From positions 352,001 through 416,000 of the forward strand of contig CAVQNG010000003.1 of assembly GCA_963713825.1 (NCBI GenBank): 64,000 nucleotides of DNA, read 5' to 3'. Made by a program: the position numbers and the translations under genes. Below, one piece after another: positions 1 through 9,459 of this stretch (positions are counted from its first letter, which is position 1; each line of letters starts with the position of its first letter). The notes beneath the pieces were generated by a model. That model worked only from the letters and a program-made list of their open reading frames with translations, searched no databases and had not been told where the DNA came from. This DNA comes from an uncultured Acidobacteriota bacterium. GTDB taxonomy: Bacteria; Acidobacteriota; Thermoanaerobaculia; Multivoradales; JAHEKO01.

Positions 1-657
1 CTGGAACTGGGCGCTAGGAACTCCCGCGGCACTCACCAGACAGCCTTCGATGCTGGCATTGGTATCTGCGCCGGAAGAATTGGCGCTTCTCCAAACAACG
101 GCGTAGCCACCCGCACTACCGTCGGTCTCTCGCAGAGCTGCCACATCGGCATAAACATTGGTGGCGGTGTTGGTTGCGACGGTGCTCAGCCGCTGCTCGG
201 TGCCGACCGTATTGCCGGCAGCGTTGTAGGCCTGACTACGAACCACGATGCGCTCGGCGCCGCCACCGACATCCTCCCAACTCTGGAAGATGACCAGGAA
301 CGTGCCGTCGGCCGACACCGCGACCCTCGGATAGCGCTGGATGTCGAGGGTGGTGGTGTTGACCTGCACCGGGGCGCCGAGCGGATTCCCCGCCGCGTCC
401 CACCGCCGGACAAAGATCTCACCCGCAGAGGATCCCCCTACCCCGGTTGCGACCCAGACATGGATCCGCAGGCCTATCTCATTAACCGCTACGTCGGGGT
501 AGGTCCGGCCGGTGCCCGGCTGAACGCCGTCAGGTCCGTCGATCCATAGCTCAGGACCGGCGATATCGGGAAAAGGGGGTAGGACAGGCAAGGGCACGGC
601 CCCTGCTAGCCCGGCGACTGCAAATGACAACATAAGAAAACTGATGGCTCGCTTCAT
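1..657 (-). CDS. Secreted repeat protein (QVNT-type beta-propeller-like repeats); 3' end runs off the window
   Basis: Not in the ORF track. Manual translation from ATG 657 (GAGGAG RBS upstream): MKRAISFLMLSFAVAGLAG... signal peptide, then YPDVAVN, EIFVRRWDAAGNPLGAPVQVNTTT, YPRVAVSADGTFLVIFQS, QAYNAAGNTVGTEQRL. Frame open to position 1. Confidence 0.8.
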   Translation of the reverse strand, partial: MKRAISFLMLSFAVAGLAGAVPLPVLPPFPDIAGPELWIDGPDGVQPGTGRTYPDVAVNEIGLRIHVWVATGVGGSSAGEIFVRRWDAAGNPLGAPVQVNTTTLDIQRYPRVAVSADGTFLVIFQSWEDVGGGAERIVVRSQAYNAAGNTVGTEQRLSTVATNTATNVYADVAALRETDGSAGGYAVVWRSANSSGADTNASIEGCLVSAAGVPSAQFQ

Positions 658-1037
658 CTTTCAACTCCTCCATTTCTGTCCCGATACACCCACTGACACC
701 TCGACCACGCAGTGGCGAGAACCAACTCGAGGCTGTTGGCCGAATTCAGATAGCGAGGCGTGGCCCGGCGTGTGACCGCTACCGTCGCGAAGGCGCTAGT
801 TGATTTCGGTCGCAGTCTCCGCCAACAGATCCTGGCACCCGCGCCACTGGGTTGCCGAGGCAAATTGGCACTCGACCGAATCCAACTTCAAGCTCTTGAG
901 CGACCTTGTCGTTGGCCGGATTATACACAGGGAGGACGAGACCCACCGCAGCCTGGCGTCGATTGGAGGAGTTGGTCGAAAAACTCACTTGCGTGATCTG
1001 CGCCGTGGCCGAGAAGACGCAGCGCCGCCCCCATCGA

Positions 1038-2633
1038 TCAATGCAGCGGAATCGTAGCCTGAAGGAACGGCGTCTCGATCGAAAGGGTCACGCCTTCGCC
1101 ATCGTGAAACGACAGGGTCCACTCCTCAGGTATCGCCCACGCCGACAGAACCGTCAGGACCAGCGTCCGATCATCCTTCCAGTGGCCTTTCGCAGAGAAC
1201 GGCACCTTGCCGATCTCATCGTGATCGACCATTACCGTTCGGAATCTGCCATCCAATCCGATGGACACCTGCAACTCCCGCTGCTCCTCCGACAAGTCAT
1301 CCCTTCGGAAGACGATGTCCATCCCCCAATCGGCGTCGACTCCTGTTCCCGAGTACACGATTCTCATGAGGGCTTCAGCGTCCTCAGGAAACGTGATCGA
1401 CAGTTGTTCGATCCCGAGCACGTTGTCCCCATCCTTCACATCGAAGGTCGAGCCCGAGAATTGTCTTGCGTGCTCAGGCAGCTCTTGTGCAGTCGCCGGC
1501 AGGCCCGCTGCCACGGTATCGAGCGACTTGGTCAAATTTGAATTGGGTGGCAGCGGAGTATCCGATACCACCGCGGGAATCACCATCTCCTCGAGGAAAC
1601 GGTAGGGGGCAGCCATTTCCCTTCCCATGAGACCACCCGCAAACACGACAACCATTTCCAGATCCGGGACCACAAAAGTGAAGTTCCCTCCCAGGCCCTC
1701 GGCACTGTGCACCTTGTGCCCCGCGAAATGCTTCGTGTACCACTGATATCCGTACTCCTCCTCGAGGAACTCCACATCTGTCTCGATGTACTGCTGCATC
1801 GAGGCCTCGATCCACTCGGCGGGGAGGATCTGCTCATCTCCCCATCGCCCTTCGTTCAGCATGAGGTAGCCCACCTTCGCCATCTCTCGTGGGCGAAGGA
1901 ACAGCTCCGAGCCCCCATTGTTGATGCCCTGGTAAGCCGACCAGCCGGCATCGTCGATACCCAACGGATGAAACAGCCTTTCGTTGGCATACTCCAGGGC
2001 GGTCTTGCCCGTCACTTCCTGGACAATGGCGGTCAAAAGATGAGAGGCACCGCTGTTGTAGTTGAAGTGAGTCCCGGGCTCCTGGACGATCGGCTTGTCG
2101 AGGATGTAGCGAACCCCGTCGGAGGACGCCAGGAGTCGCGAAAAGTCACCCTCGGCCCTGATCCCGTATGGCCAATCCTGCCATTCGAAGCCATCTGTCA
2201 TCGTCAAGAGATCCTCGAGTGCGAGCTGTCGCTTCCAGTCATCGAGGTTCTTGATCTCTTCACCCTCCAGAGGAAGCAGATCGAGGACCTTCGCCTTCTC
2301 ATCGAGGATGAGGCCTTCTTCGATCGCGAGTCCAACCAGGAGCGCACTGATGCCTTTGGTTGCCGAATAGATGATGTGCCGGTGCTCCCTCTCGTAGGGA
2401 GGAAGGTAGGCCTCCATCACCAGATAGCCGTTCCTCACGACGATCACACTGTCGATTCGCAGCTCCTGTTTCTGGATCTCACGCAGCATGGCGAGTAGAG
2501 GTCGTGAGTCGATCCCCTGCTCCTCTGGGGTCGAGATTCGCCATCCCGCGATCGGCGCGGCGAGCTCTTTTTCCCTGTGGCCACATCCAAGCAGAAGCAG
2601 GACGACGAGGCATGCCAACGACTTCGCTCTCAT
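1038..2633 (-). CDS. Serine hydrolase (class C beta-lactamase / 6-aminohexanoate-dimer hydrolase-like) lipoprotein
   Basis: SxxK (YSATK), LLTM, FNYNSG and YGYQW motifs; lipobox LLLGC after MRAKS start at 2633. Confidence 0.85.
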   Translation of the reverse strand: MRAKSLACLVVLLLLGCGHREKELAAPIAGWRISTPEEQGIDSRPLLAMLREIQKQELRIDSVIVVRNGYLVMEAYLPPYEREHRHIIYSATKGISALLVGLAIEEGLILDEKAKVLDLLPLEGEEIKNLDDWKRQLALEDLLTMTDGFEWQDWPYGIRAEGDFSRLLASSDGVRYILDKPIVQEPGTHFNYNSGASHLLTAIVQEVTGKTALEYANERLFHPLGIDDAGWSAYQGINNGGSELFLRPREMAKVGYLMLNEGRWGDEQILPAEWIEASMQQYIETDVEFLEEEYGYQWYTKHFAGHKVHSAEGLGGNFTFVVPDLEMVVVFAGGLMGREMAAPYRFLEEMVIPAVVSDTPLPPNSNLTKSLDTVAAGLPATAQELPEHARQFSGSTFDVKDGDNVLGIEQLSITFPEDAEALMRIVYSGTGVDADWGMDIVFRRDDLSEEQRELQVSIGLDGRFRTVMVDHDEIGKVPFSAKGHWKDDRTLVLTVLSAWAIPEEWTLSFHDGEGVTLSIETPFLQATIPLH

Positions 2634-2706
2634 GATTGTTCTCCCAATCGGGGGTGCCGCGACCCGGCTCATCTGTGCGGCAGGCCAGTGTTTCTCTACA
2701 TGCAGC

Positions 2707-3192
2707 TCAACTCCTGGTCCAAACGCCGAGCGCGATGCGAAGGTCGATGATCTGGCCGGCGTGATAACCGTTGTGATCCAGGAGGATCAGCGCAGCTCGC
2801 AAAGTGTGGTGGTGGCTTTTCTCGGCGGAGGGCACGGTTGCGTAGAGGTCATGCTCGCGATCGTCCACCATCATAGCCATGGCATCGGTGGCCTCGAGTA
2901 GCCTATTCACGCTTTCTCGCCATGCCTCCTCGCTGGGTGGCTCCGCCGTCGCCGGCCAGTATCCCTCCGGCCATGCGAGCTTCTCGTAGTCGGCGTCACG
3001 GCAATAGGAAACGAGATCCTCCGCAGCGAGCCTCAGATGCTCGACCAGCTCCCAACCTGTGTGCCGAAAGCCCTCCACCGACTGCCCGGCGAGAGTGGCG
3101 GGAAAGCCCTCCACCGCCCGGCTCAGCCCGGCACCTGCCTGACTCTGTCGAAGTAGCTTGGAAAGGGTTCCACGTAGCTCGTCTTCACTCAT
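2707..3192 (-). CDS. DinB family protein
   Basis: WELVEHLR, WPEGYWP and DHNGYHAGQI motifs of the DinB four-helix bundle with His triad. Confidence 0.85.
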   Translation of the reverse strand: MSEDELRGTLSKLLRQSQAGAGLSRAVEGFPATLAGQSVEGFRHTGWELVEHLRLAAEDLVSYCRDADYEKLAWPEGYWPATAEPPSEEAWRESVNRLLEATDAMAMMVDDREHDLYATVPSAEKSHHHTLRAALILLDHNGYHAGQIIDLRIALGVWTRS

Positions 3193-3201
3193 GAAGCGAG
3201 G

Positions 3202-5523
3202 TTACCGCGCGATGGGGGCTGCCAGCACCGGATCGGGAATGCCGAAGGCGTCGACCAACGGCACGGCCTGCTGCCGGACCTCTAGACAGAGCTTGTCGAC
3301 CTGTTTGCGGATTGCCTTGGCTTTGGCGCTCTCGAGGTAGCCGTGCTCCAGAAACCAGCCACGGTCGGCCTCGATGCGGTGCAGAGCGTAGAGATCGCAG
3401 AGCGTACCGAGCACCGCTTTCAATGAGGCGTCTTCACAGCCATCGATACCGGAGGCGAATTGCTCCAAGACCACCCTCTCGGTATGGGCCTTGGCCAAGG
3501 CAACGACGTGATCCTGCACCTCGACCAGCGCGTCGAAGCTGTCCATGCCGGCGTCGAGACGCTTCTTCATCCGGCGCGCGAGGGAAGTCAGCAAGTGCTG
3601 CTCCCTCCACACGAAGGCGGCCAGCTGGAAGTCTCGGTCACAAAGGTGCTCTTCGTCGGTCCTACGGGTCGCCACGGGGTTGAGCTCGGCAACGGCCGTG
3701 GCCGCCTGGCCGGCGAGGTACTTTGCCAGTCCGAACGCGTTCATCTCCCCGAACTGCCTGGCATAGCCGGTGAGCAGGCTCTTGGCTTGCAGCTGCAGCA
3801 GCACGGTGTTGTCGCCCTCGAAGGTCGTGAAGACATCGCTGTCGGCCTTGAGCGCGGCGAAGCGATTGACGGCCAGGTATCCCTGCCCACCACAGGTCTC
3901 ACGGCAGGTCTGGATGGTGTCCGTCGCGTTCCAGGTGGAATAAGCCTTCAATCCAGCCGCCAGGGACTCCACCTCGCGGCGATTATCGGCCGATGAGCCG
4001 ACGTACTCGGCCGCCAGATGAGAAAGAGCGAAGTCGAGAGCGTAGGTCGTGGCCAACCGGGGCATCAGACGCCGCTGGTGAGTGCGGTAGTCCAGCAATA
4101 CCGTTTCCGCCGCACCATCCGGTCCGAACTGCCGCCGGCCAGCGCCATAGCGTGTCGCGATCGTCAACGCCGACTTGGCCGTGCTCAGACCTGCGAGCGC
4201 CACGCTCACGCGACCACCTACGAGGGTCCCCAGCATCACGAAGAATCGCTTGGTCGGACTCGAGATCGGGCTACTGTACGTCCCGTCGGCAGCGACCTGT
4301 GCGAAGCGATCGAGAAGACTCTGGCGCGGTATCCGAACCTGGTCGAACCAGAGCCTGCCGTTGTCGATCCCATTGAGGCCGAGCTTCTCACCGCAATCCT
4401 CGACGCCGACCCCAGCGCACACCGTGCCGTCCTTTTCACGTATCGGCACGAGAAAGGCGTGGACCCCGTGGTGCTCCGAGCCGATCTCGAGTTGGGCGAA
4501 AACCGTGGCCAGGCGCCCGTGCAGCGCAGCGTTGCCGATGTAGTCCTTGCGCGCCGCCGGACTCGGAGTGTCGAGGACGAAGTCTTCTGTCTGCGGCTCG
4601 TAGCGCGCCACGGTCTCCAGATCGTGAACATTGGAGCCGTGCCCGGTCTCGGTCATCGCGAAACATCCTGGTAGCTCCAACGTGCCAACGAGGGGCAGGT
4701 ACTGCTCGTGATGTCGCTCCGTTCCCAGTTGCAGGATGCTGCCGCCAAACAGACCGAATTGCACCCCCAACTTCACCAAGAGGCTCAGGTCGTGAAAGGC
4801 CACGGTCTCGAAGGCGGCGATGAAGGCGCCCAGGTCACCGCCGCCCCCGACCTCCTTGGGGAAGCTCAAAGCACCAATACCCTCCACCGCTAGAGCCTGG
4901 GTCCAATCGAGCACCAGTGCGCGGTAGCTTTCTCTGTCCAGGTCGTAGCGGTAGCCAAACTCGGGACGGCTCAATATGCCGCGCACCTGGTCGCGAACAG
5001 CCCACTGATCACCATCCAGAAGCCGCGTCATTGCGGCCACGTCGAAGGCAGGTGGTGGGCCAACGGTTTCGGGTGCGGTGCGCTTGGGACTCAGCAGTCG
5101 ACGGACCGCCTCGGTACCACCGATACCGAGACTCGATTCGATGGCCTCCAGGGCCTGCCTTTCCGCAGCCGAAGCCTGATGCCCTGCGGCCGCCGCAAGC
5201 TCCACCCCCAACTCGGCCAGCGTACGACGCTCGCCGGCGGGCATGAGCGTCGCCGCGGTCCTAATGGTGGCCAACAGCGTCGTCAGATCGGTTGCCGAGG
5301 GCGGGCTCTCAGGATCCAGCCAACCCTCCAGGAACCGCTGACAATCTTCATCCATCCCTTTGGTCGTCCCGATTCGAGTACAGATGGCTCGAATCTCGAC
5401 GGGCTCCAATTCGCCGTCCGCCCAGGCAACATAGAGCATCGGAAGGTAGGGCAGCAGCTCGGGAGCATCAGCGACACCCGCGCCTCGAGCGTCGATCGGA
5501 TCGGAAGGCGACGAATTCGTCAT
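3202..5523 (-). CDS. Acyl-CoA oxidase/dehydrogenase with N-terminal TerB-like domain
   Basis: GCFAMTETGHGSNV, KLGLNGIDNG, CRETCGGQGY, TFEGDNTVL; N-terminal VAWADGELEPVE. Start uncertain (5523 or 5574). Confidence 0.88.
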   Translation of the reverse strand: MTNSSPSDPIDARGAGVADAPELLPYLPMLYVAWADGELEPVEIRAICTRIGTTKGMDEDCQRFLEGWLDPESPPSATDLTTLLATIRTAATLMPAGERRTLAELGVELAAAAGHQASAAERQALEAIESSLGIGGTEAVRRLLSPKRTAPETVGPPPAFDVAAMTRLLDGDQWAVRDQVRGILSRPEFGYRYDLDRESYRALVLDWTQALAVEGIGALSFPKEVGGGGDLGAFIAAFETVAFHDLSLLVKLGVQFGLFGGSILQLGTERHHEQYLPLVGTLELPGCFAMTETGHGSNVHDLETVARYEPQTEDFVLDTPSPAARKDYIGNAALHGRLATVFAQLEIGSEHHGVHAFLVPIREKDGTVCAGVGVEDCGEKLGLNGIDNGRLWFDQVRIPRQSLLDRFAQVAADGTYSSPISSPTKRFFVMLGTLVGGRVSVALAGLSTAKSALTIATRYGAGRRQFGPDGAAETVLLDYRTHQRRLMPRLATTYALDFALSHLAAEYVGSSADNRREVESLAAGLKAYSTWNATDTIQTCRETCGGQGYLAVNRFAALKADSDVFTTFEGDNTVLLQLQAKSLLTGYARQFGEMNAFGLAKYLAGQAATAVAELNPVATRRTDEEHLCDRDFQLAAFVWREQHLLTSLARRMKKRLDAGMDSFDALVEVQDHVVALAKAHTERVVLEQFASGIDGCEDASLKAVLGTLCDLYALHRIEADRGWFLEHGYLESAKAKAIRKQVDKLCLEVRQQAVPLVDAFGIPDPVLAAPIAR

Positions 5524-5632
5524 ACCCAATGGTACTCCGGAGGCCCGCATTCGGATTGGATCCACCGCGGCCAACGGGCCTTTTCCATCCTGGTGTCGCT
5601 GTGGAGCGGCTGAATCGGCGCCAGGGATCCCG

Positions 5633-6286
5633 TCACATCGGCACGGGCTCTGAGCGCAGCGACAGAGACCTCGACAGTGTCACGAAGAAGAAGAGCACCG
5701 CGCCAAAACCAACGGCCACGAGCGGTAGGGTGATCCAGGCGATGGCCGGCCCCCTCTGGGTCAGCCAACGCAGCTCTCCCGAGCTCATGTAGAGCGCGAG
5801 TACAACCAGATTCAGCACTGTGAACAGAGCATAGGCCCACATAGCGGCACTGGTGGCGATTTGGAGCTGTGCGTCATCGGGCTTGACCAGCTCACGCCTA
5901 TACACCGCAAAGAAGATCAGGATCGCCACTGTGGCGATCAGGGGTGCGATGGGTTCCAGCCATGGAGAGCGGACGAATGTCGAGAAGGGGGCGACATCGG
6001 AGATTCGCAGCAAGATCTGAAGTGGAACCAAGAGTGCCATCGCGGCTCCGGCCGCCGCCGTGGCGGTTGCTCGGCGAAGAGGCGGACGCTCCGGAGTCGT
6101 CATTTCTCGCCAGAAGGCAAGAAAGAACCAGAGCATGGTGGCCGCACTGAACAGGTGCGTCCATAAGGCCGCCTGGGCCACCATGGGGGAGGTGAACAGC
6201 TGTGTAGAGAAGGTCGCCGCCGTGCGAAGCACGAAGGTGGCGCAGAGACCGAGAATTGCGGCGAAGGTCGCGATACGGAGGTTCAT
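5633..6286 (-). CDS. Integral membrane hypothetical protein (~6 TM helices)
   Basis: AAGGAGG RBS before MNLRIATF at 6286; alternating hydrophobic segments. Confidence 0.7.
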   Translation of the reverse strand: MNLRIATFAAILGLCATFVLRTAATFSTQLFTSPMVAQAALWTHLFSAATMLWFFLAFWREMTTPERPPLRRATATAAAGAAMALLVPLQILLRISDVAPFSTFVRSPWLEPIAPLIATVAILIFFAVYRRELVKPDDAQLQIATSAAMWAYALFTVLNLVVLALYMSSGELRWLTQRGPAIAWITLPLVAVGFGAVLFFFVTLSRSLSLRSEPVPM

Positions 6287-6603
6287 CCCTGCCTCCTTTC
6301 GATTTGGCGGAGCGCCGCCAGTGCCCTGACCACTCAGCATATACCGGCATCGTTTCTCGCGGTGCACCGCTTCGCCGTGACCGGTTCCTCTGTCTGGAGC
6401 TCCAGAGCCCTCGGGACACGGCAGCGCTCCTGGAAACGAAATTCAAAGCCCGCTGGCCCAAGTGATCATGCGCGGCCTGCTGACCTGGACCTTCCTCAAT
6501 CTAGTGGTGGTCCTTGTGCTGTATCTGCGGCCAGGTTCCGATCATGACTAGTTGGGATGACATGATGACTCACTTCGATGCACTTCGACGACTCGAGAGA
6601 ACG

Positions 6604-7539
6604 ATGATGCACTCACTTCGATTCACTGTTGCGACGGCACTGGTCCTCGCGCTCGCAGGTTGCCACCTCCACTCCGGAGTACAACAAGCGGATCTGTCCT
6701 TCGAGCCCGAGATTCCGCAGCCCGCCTACTCCCAGGGCCCAGGCCCGGTGGTCCAGATCGACGAGGCCCACTTCAACTTCCACACGCTCGAGGGGCGCTA
6801 CGCTCCCTTCGCGAAGCTGCTGCGCCGCGACGGATATGTGGTGCAGGGTCTCGCCGAGACCGCGACTGCAGACTCGCTTGGCCAGGGAGACATCTACGTC
6901 ATCGCCAACGCCATCGCCGAGTCGGACCAGAAGGGTTGGAAACTGCCCGCGGAACAGGCCTTCACCGAGATCGAAATCGAGGCTATTCGTCTCTGGGTCG
7001 AAGAAGGTGGCTCGCTGCTCTTGATCGCGGACCACATGCCGTTTCCGGGCTCGGTTGCAGACCTGGCGGCCGCGTTCGACATTCTGTTCGGCAACGGCTT
7101 TCTCTATGACACCGAGGACAACTCCAAGCTCGAGTTCACTCGAGAGGCAGGACTCGCCGATCATCCCATCACCGCGGGCCGAGATGAGAGCGAGAGGATC
7201 GACTCCGTCCGTACGTTCACCGGCCAGGCGTTCCGCGTCGAGCGCGAGTTCGAGCCCCTATTGACGCTCCCCCCAGGGAGCACGTTGAAACTGCCCATCG
7301 AAGCCTGGGAGTTTAAGAAGACGACGCCAACCATACCGGCGGCTGGCATGCTGCAAGGTGCGGTCCTCCGATTCGGAGAAGGTCGCGTGGCTGTGTTCGG
7401 CGAGGCCGCGATGTTCTCGGCCCAGGAGTGGATCACCAAAGACGAGCGCGTCCTGATGGGCATGAACCGGCCCGATGCCGCCCAGAACCCGCAGTTCCTA
7501 CTCAACGTGATGCACTGGTTGTCCGGCTTGCTCGACTAG
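6604..7539 (+). CDS. DUF4350 / GATase1-like domain lipoprotein
   Basis: Lipobox LAGC; IDEAHFNFHT, WVEEGGSLLLIADHMPF, GEGRVAVFGEAAMFSAQ, FLLNVMHWLS. Confidence 0.75.
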   Translation: MMHSLRFTVATALVLALAGCHLHSGVQQADLSFEPEIPQPAYSQGPGPVVQIDEAHFNFHTLEGRYAPFAKLLRRDGYVVQGLAETATADSLGQGDIYVIANAIAESDQKGWKLPAEQAFTEIEIEAIRLWVEEGGSLLLIADHMPFPGSVADLAAAFDILFGNGFLYDTEDNSKLEFTREAGLADHPITAGRDESERIDSVRTFTGQAFRVEREFEPLLTLPPGSTLKLPIEAWEFKKTTPTIPAAGMLQGAVLRFGEGRVAVFGEAAMFSAQEWITKDERVLMGMNRPDAAQNPQFLLNVMHWLSGLLD

Positions 7540-7562
7540 CGTCGCCCTCGGCTCGACTCGCG

Positions 7563-8297
7563 TCACTGGATCTCGATGGCGCTCTTCGTCTTCTCGCGTC
7601 GGGACCTCTCCTTGGCATCGTACTCGGCCATGCATCCGTCCTGGCTAACCATGGCGCAGTCGAGGTAATCAACGATCTCGATCAAGCAGGCTCGGATCGC
7701 CTTCCCGGTCGGGGTCTTCTCGTACTGAGCCAGATCACCGTGAAACCCGGACTTCCAGACCCCGACATCGAACCCCTTGCTGCCGGCTCGTGCTTCCACT
7801 GTGCGCACGAACTCGAGCTCGCCCGTGGTGGTGTTGACCACCCTGAGGTCGACCGCCATGTAGGCCTTGCCCTTCTTGCCACCAATTCGAATTCCCTTGT
7901 AGCCGATGCCGCCGCCTGTACCCTTGACGTTGTCCTCATAAGCGCTGACGGAACCGAGCACCAGGTATGTCGCTCCGGTCAACTTTCCGACCTCGGCACC
8001 GGTGCCTTCAGCCACACGCCCGTAGTCAGCCAGATCCTGCTCGGCGAGGATAGGCTCGAGCTTGGCGCGCTCCACGACCCGGAAGGACCCCGTCGCTGCC
8101 AGCTCGTTCGACAGCATGTCCGAGAGATCCCAACCGACGCTGCCGGTGCCATACCACCAATAGGCAGCCTGGCCCACTTCGTTCCGGAACTCAGCGACCC
8201 CCAAGACCGGCTTATCAGCCGCCGCAACCGGAGACGTGAAAACCAGCAAACTCACTACCAAACACAATCCAGTCACAACCATCGATTTCATCTCCAC
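7563..8297 (-). CDS. CsgG/HfaB family protein
   Basis: Signal peptide; FRVVERAKLEPILAEQDL, GKLTGATYLVLGSVS, VDLRVVNTTTGE. Confidence 0.85.
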   Translation of the reverse strand: MEMKSMVVTGLCLVVSLLVFTSPVAAADKPVLGVAEFRNEVGQAAYWWYGTGSVGWDLSDMLSNELAATGSFRVVERAKLEPILAEQDLADYGRVAEGTGAEVGKLTGATYLVLGSVSAYEDNVKGTGGGIGYKGIRIGGKKGKAYMAVDLRVVNTTTGELEFVRTVEARAGSKGFDVGVWKSGFHGDLAQYEKTPTGKAIRACLIEIVDYLDCAMVSQDGCMAEYDAKERSRREKTKSAIEIQ

Positions 8298-8476
8298 CTC
8301 CTTCGCTCGAAGTACCTATCGCCTGCCGGAGGCTTCCGGCAGGAGCATCGTCATGGATATCGCTCTTCATCTTCTACCACAGAATCCGGGCTCCTTCGAT
8401 GTCGGTCCGAGCGCGGTCGGCGACGGCATCTACAAAAAGACCCTTCTCCAGACCGCGCATTCGCGCACCGATAGTC

Positions 8477-8854
8477 CTACCCAAAGCCTTCCAACTGCTC
8501 CTCGATCGACTTGGTGATCTCGGACTCCGTGTCACCGAGATGAGCCGTCGACTTGTTCTCGACCAGTAAGATCGAGCACTCCTCGGTCGAGGAAACCCGG
8601 TGGTTGAGGCCGCGCTTGACGATATAGAGGTCGCCCGTCTCCATAGTGAAGGGCGCTTCCCCTTCGATCTCGAAGAGCAGACTGCCGTCGATGATGTAGA
8701 ACAGCTCGTCCTCCCCGGCGTGGTTGTGCCAGGGGATCTCTTCGCCCTTGATCTTGGCTACCTTGACGAAGACGTCGTTCACCTCGCCGATGACTGTCGG
8801 CGAGAAATACTCGGTCAGGGCCGTCGCGCGGGCGAGAAGCTTGATGGCTGGCAT
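8477..8854 (-). CDS. Cupin domain protein
   Basis: VKVAKIKGE, WHNHAGEDELFYII, GDLYIVKRGLNHRV; probable start MPAIK at 8854. Confidence 0.85.
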   Translation of the reverse strand: MPAIKLLARATALTEYFSPTVIGEVNDVFVKVAKIKGEEIPWHNHAGEDELFYIIDGSLLFEIEGEAPFTMETGDLYIVKRGLNHRVSSTEECSILLVENKSTAHLGDTESEITKSIEEQLEGFG

Positions 8855-8927
8855 GGCGACGATTTTACAGACCCACCTTGGTAGAACTGTGTCCGCGGCT
8901 ATAAATCTGGCGCCGACGGTGCGCCTA

Positions 8928-8953
8928 CGCGAGGGGGCAAGACCCTCCCCTAC
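8928..8953 (-). repeat. GTAG-type REP-like palindrome
   Basis: GTAGGGGAGGGTCTTGCCCCCTCGCG; 24/26 identical to the copy at 35904-35929. Its GTAG supplies the TAG stop of the upstream gene. Confidence 0.7.
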
Positions 8954-9399
8954 TTGAAGACGTCCTTCAGAACACCCGAGATCGACATATCCGCTTCGAA
9001 GACGAGGGCGAGGTCGGACCCTGCAATGCGCCACTCATAGCCCTCGTGGGCGGGTAGTCTTTTCAGGAACGAGGATGGCATCCTCGTCTTGGCGATCCCG
9101 GGGGGCATCGGCTTGCCTCGCGCCAGGTTCTTCCTGATCCCCGGTGGCAAGGGCTTGTAACCGGTCAGATTGCTATCGACCGCGAACCGGCGGGCATCTC
9201 CGTAGCTGAGACGAATGCCCGCAGACGCCACCGCGATCACGTCCAGCGAGTCGCCGTGATCCTTGTGATCGACGCTCTTCTCGTTCTTCGCCTTGTCTGG
9301 CTTCCCCTTGTCCTGCGGCGGATCCAGAGCCAACAATGTGGCTGGCACCGACATGACAAGAAGAAACACTGCGACCCCCTCTAGCCTTGAGATGCGCAT
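8950..9399 (-). CDS. CigR/RcnB-like secreted or inner-membrane protein
   Basis: GYKPLPPGIRKNLARGKPMPPGIAK and LPAHEGYEWRIAGSDL; N-terminal signal peptide. Confidence 0.8.
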   Translation of the reverse strand: MRISRLEGVAVFLLVMSVPATLLALDPPQDKGKPDKAKNEKSVDHKDHGDSLDVIAVASAGIRLSYGDARRFAVDSNLTGYKPLPPGIRKNLARGKPMPPGIAKTRMPSSFLKRLPAHEGYEWRIAGSDLALVFEADMSISGVLKDVFK

Positions 9400-9459
9400 A
9401 GTGAAATCAGTGTAGCTGTCAGCGATCGCCACCGATGTGGATAGCTCCACTGAGGCCAA

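Noticed and set aside
660-1037. Short ORFs between the first two genes
   Set aside because: No RBS, motif or codon-bias support.
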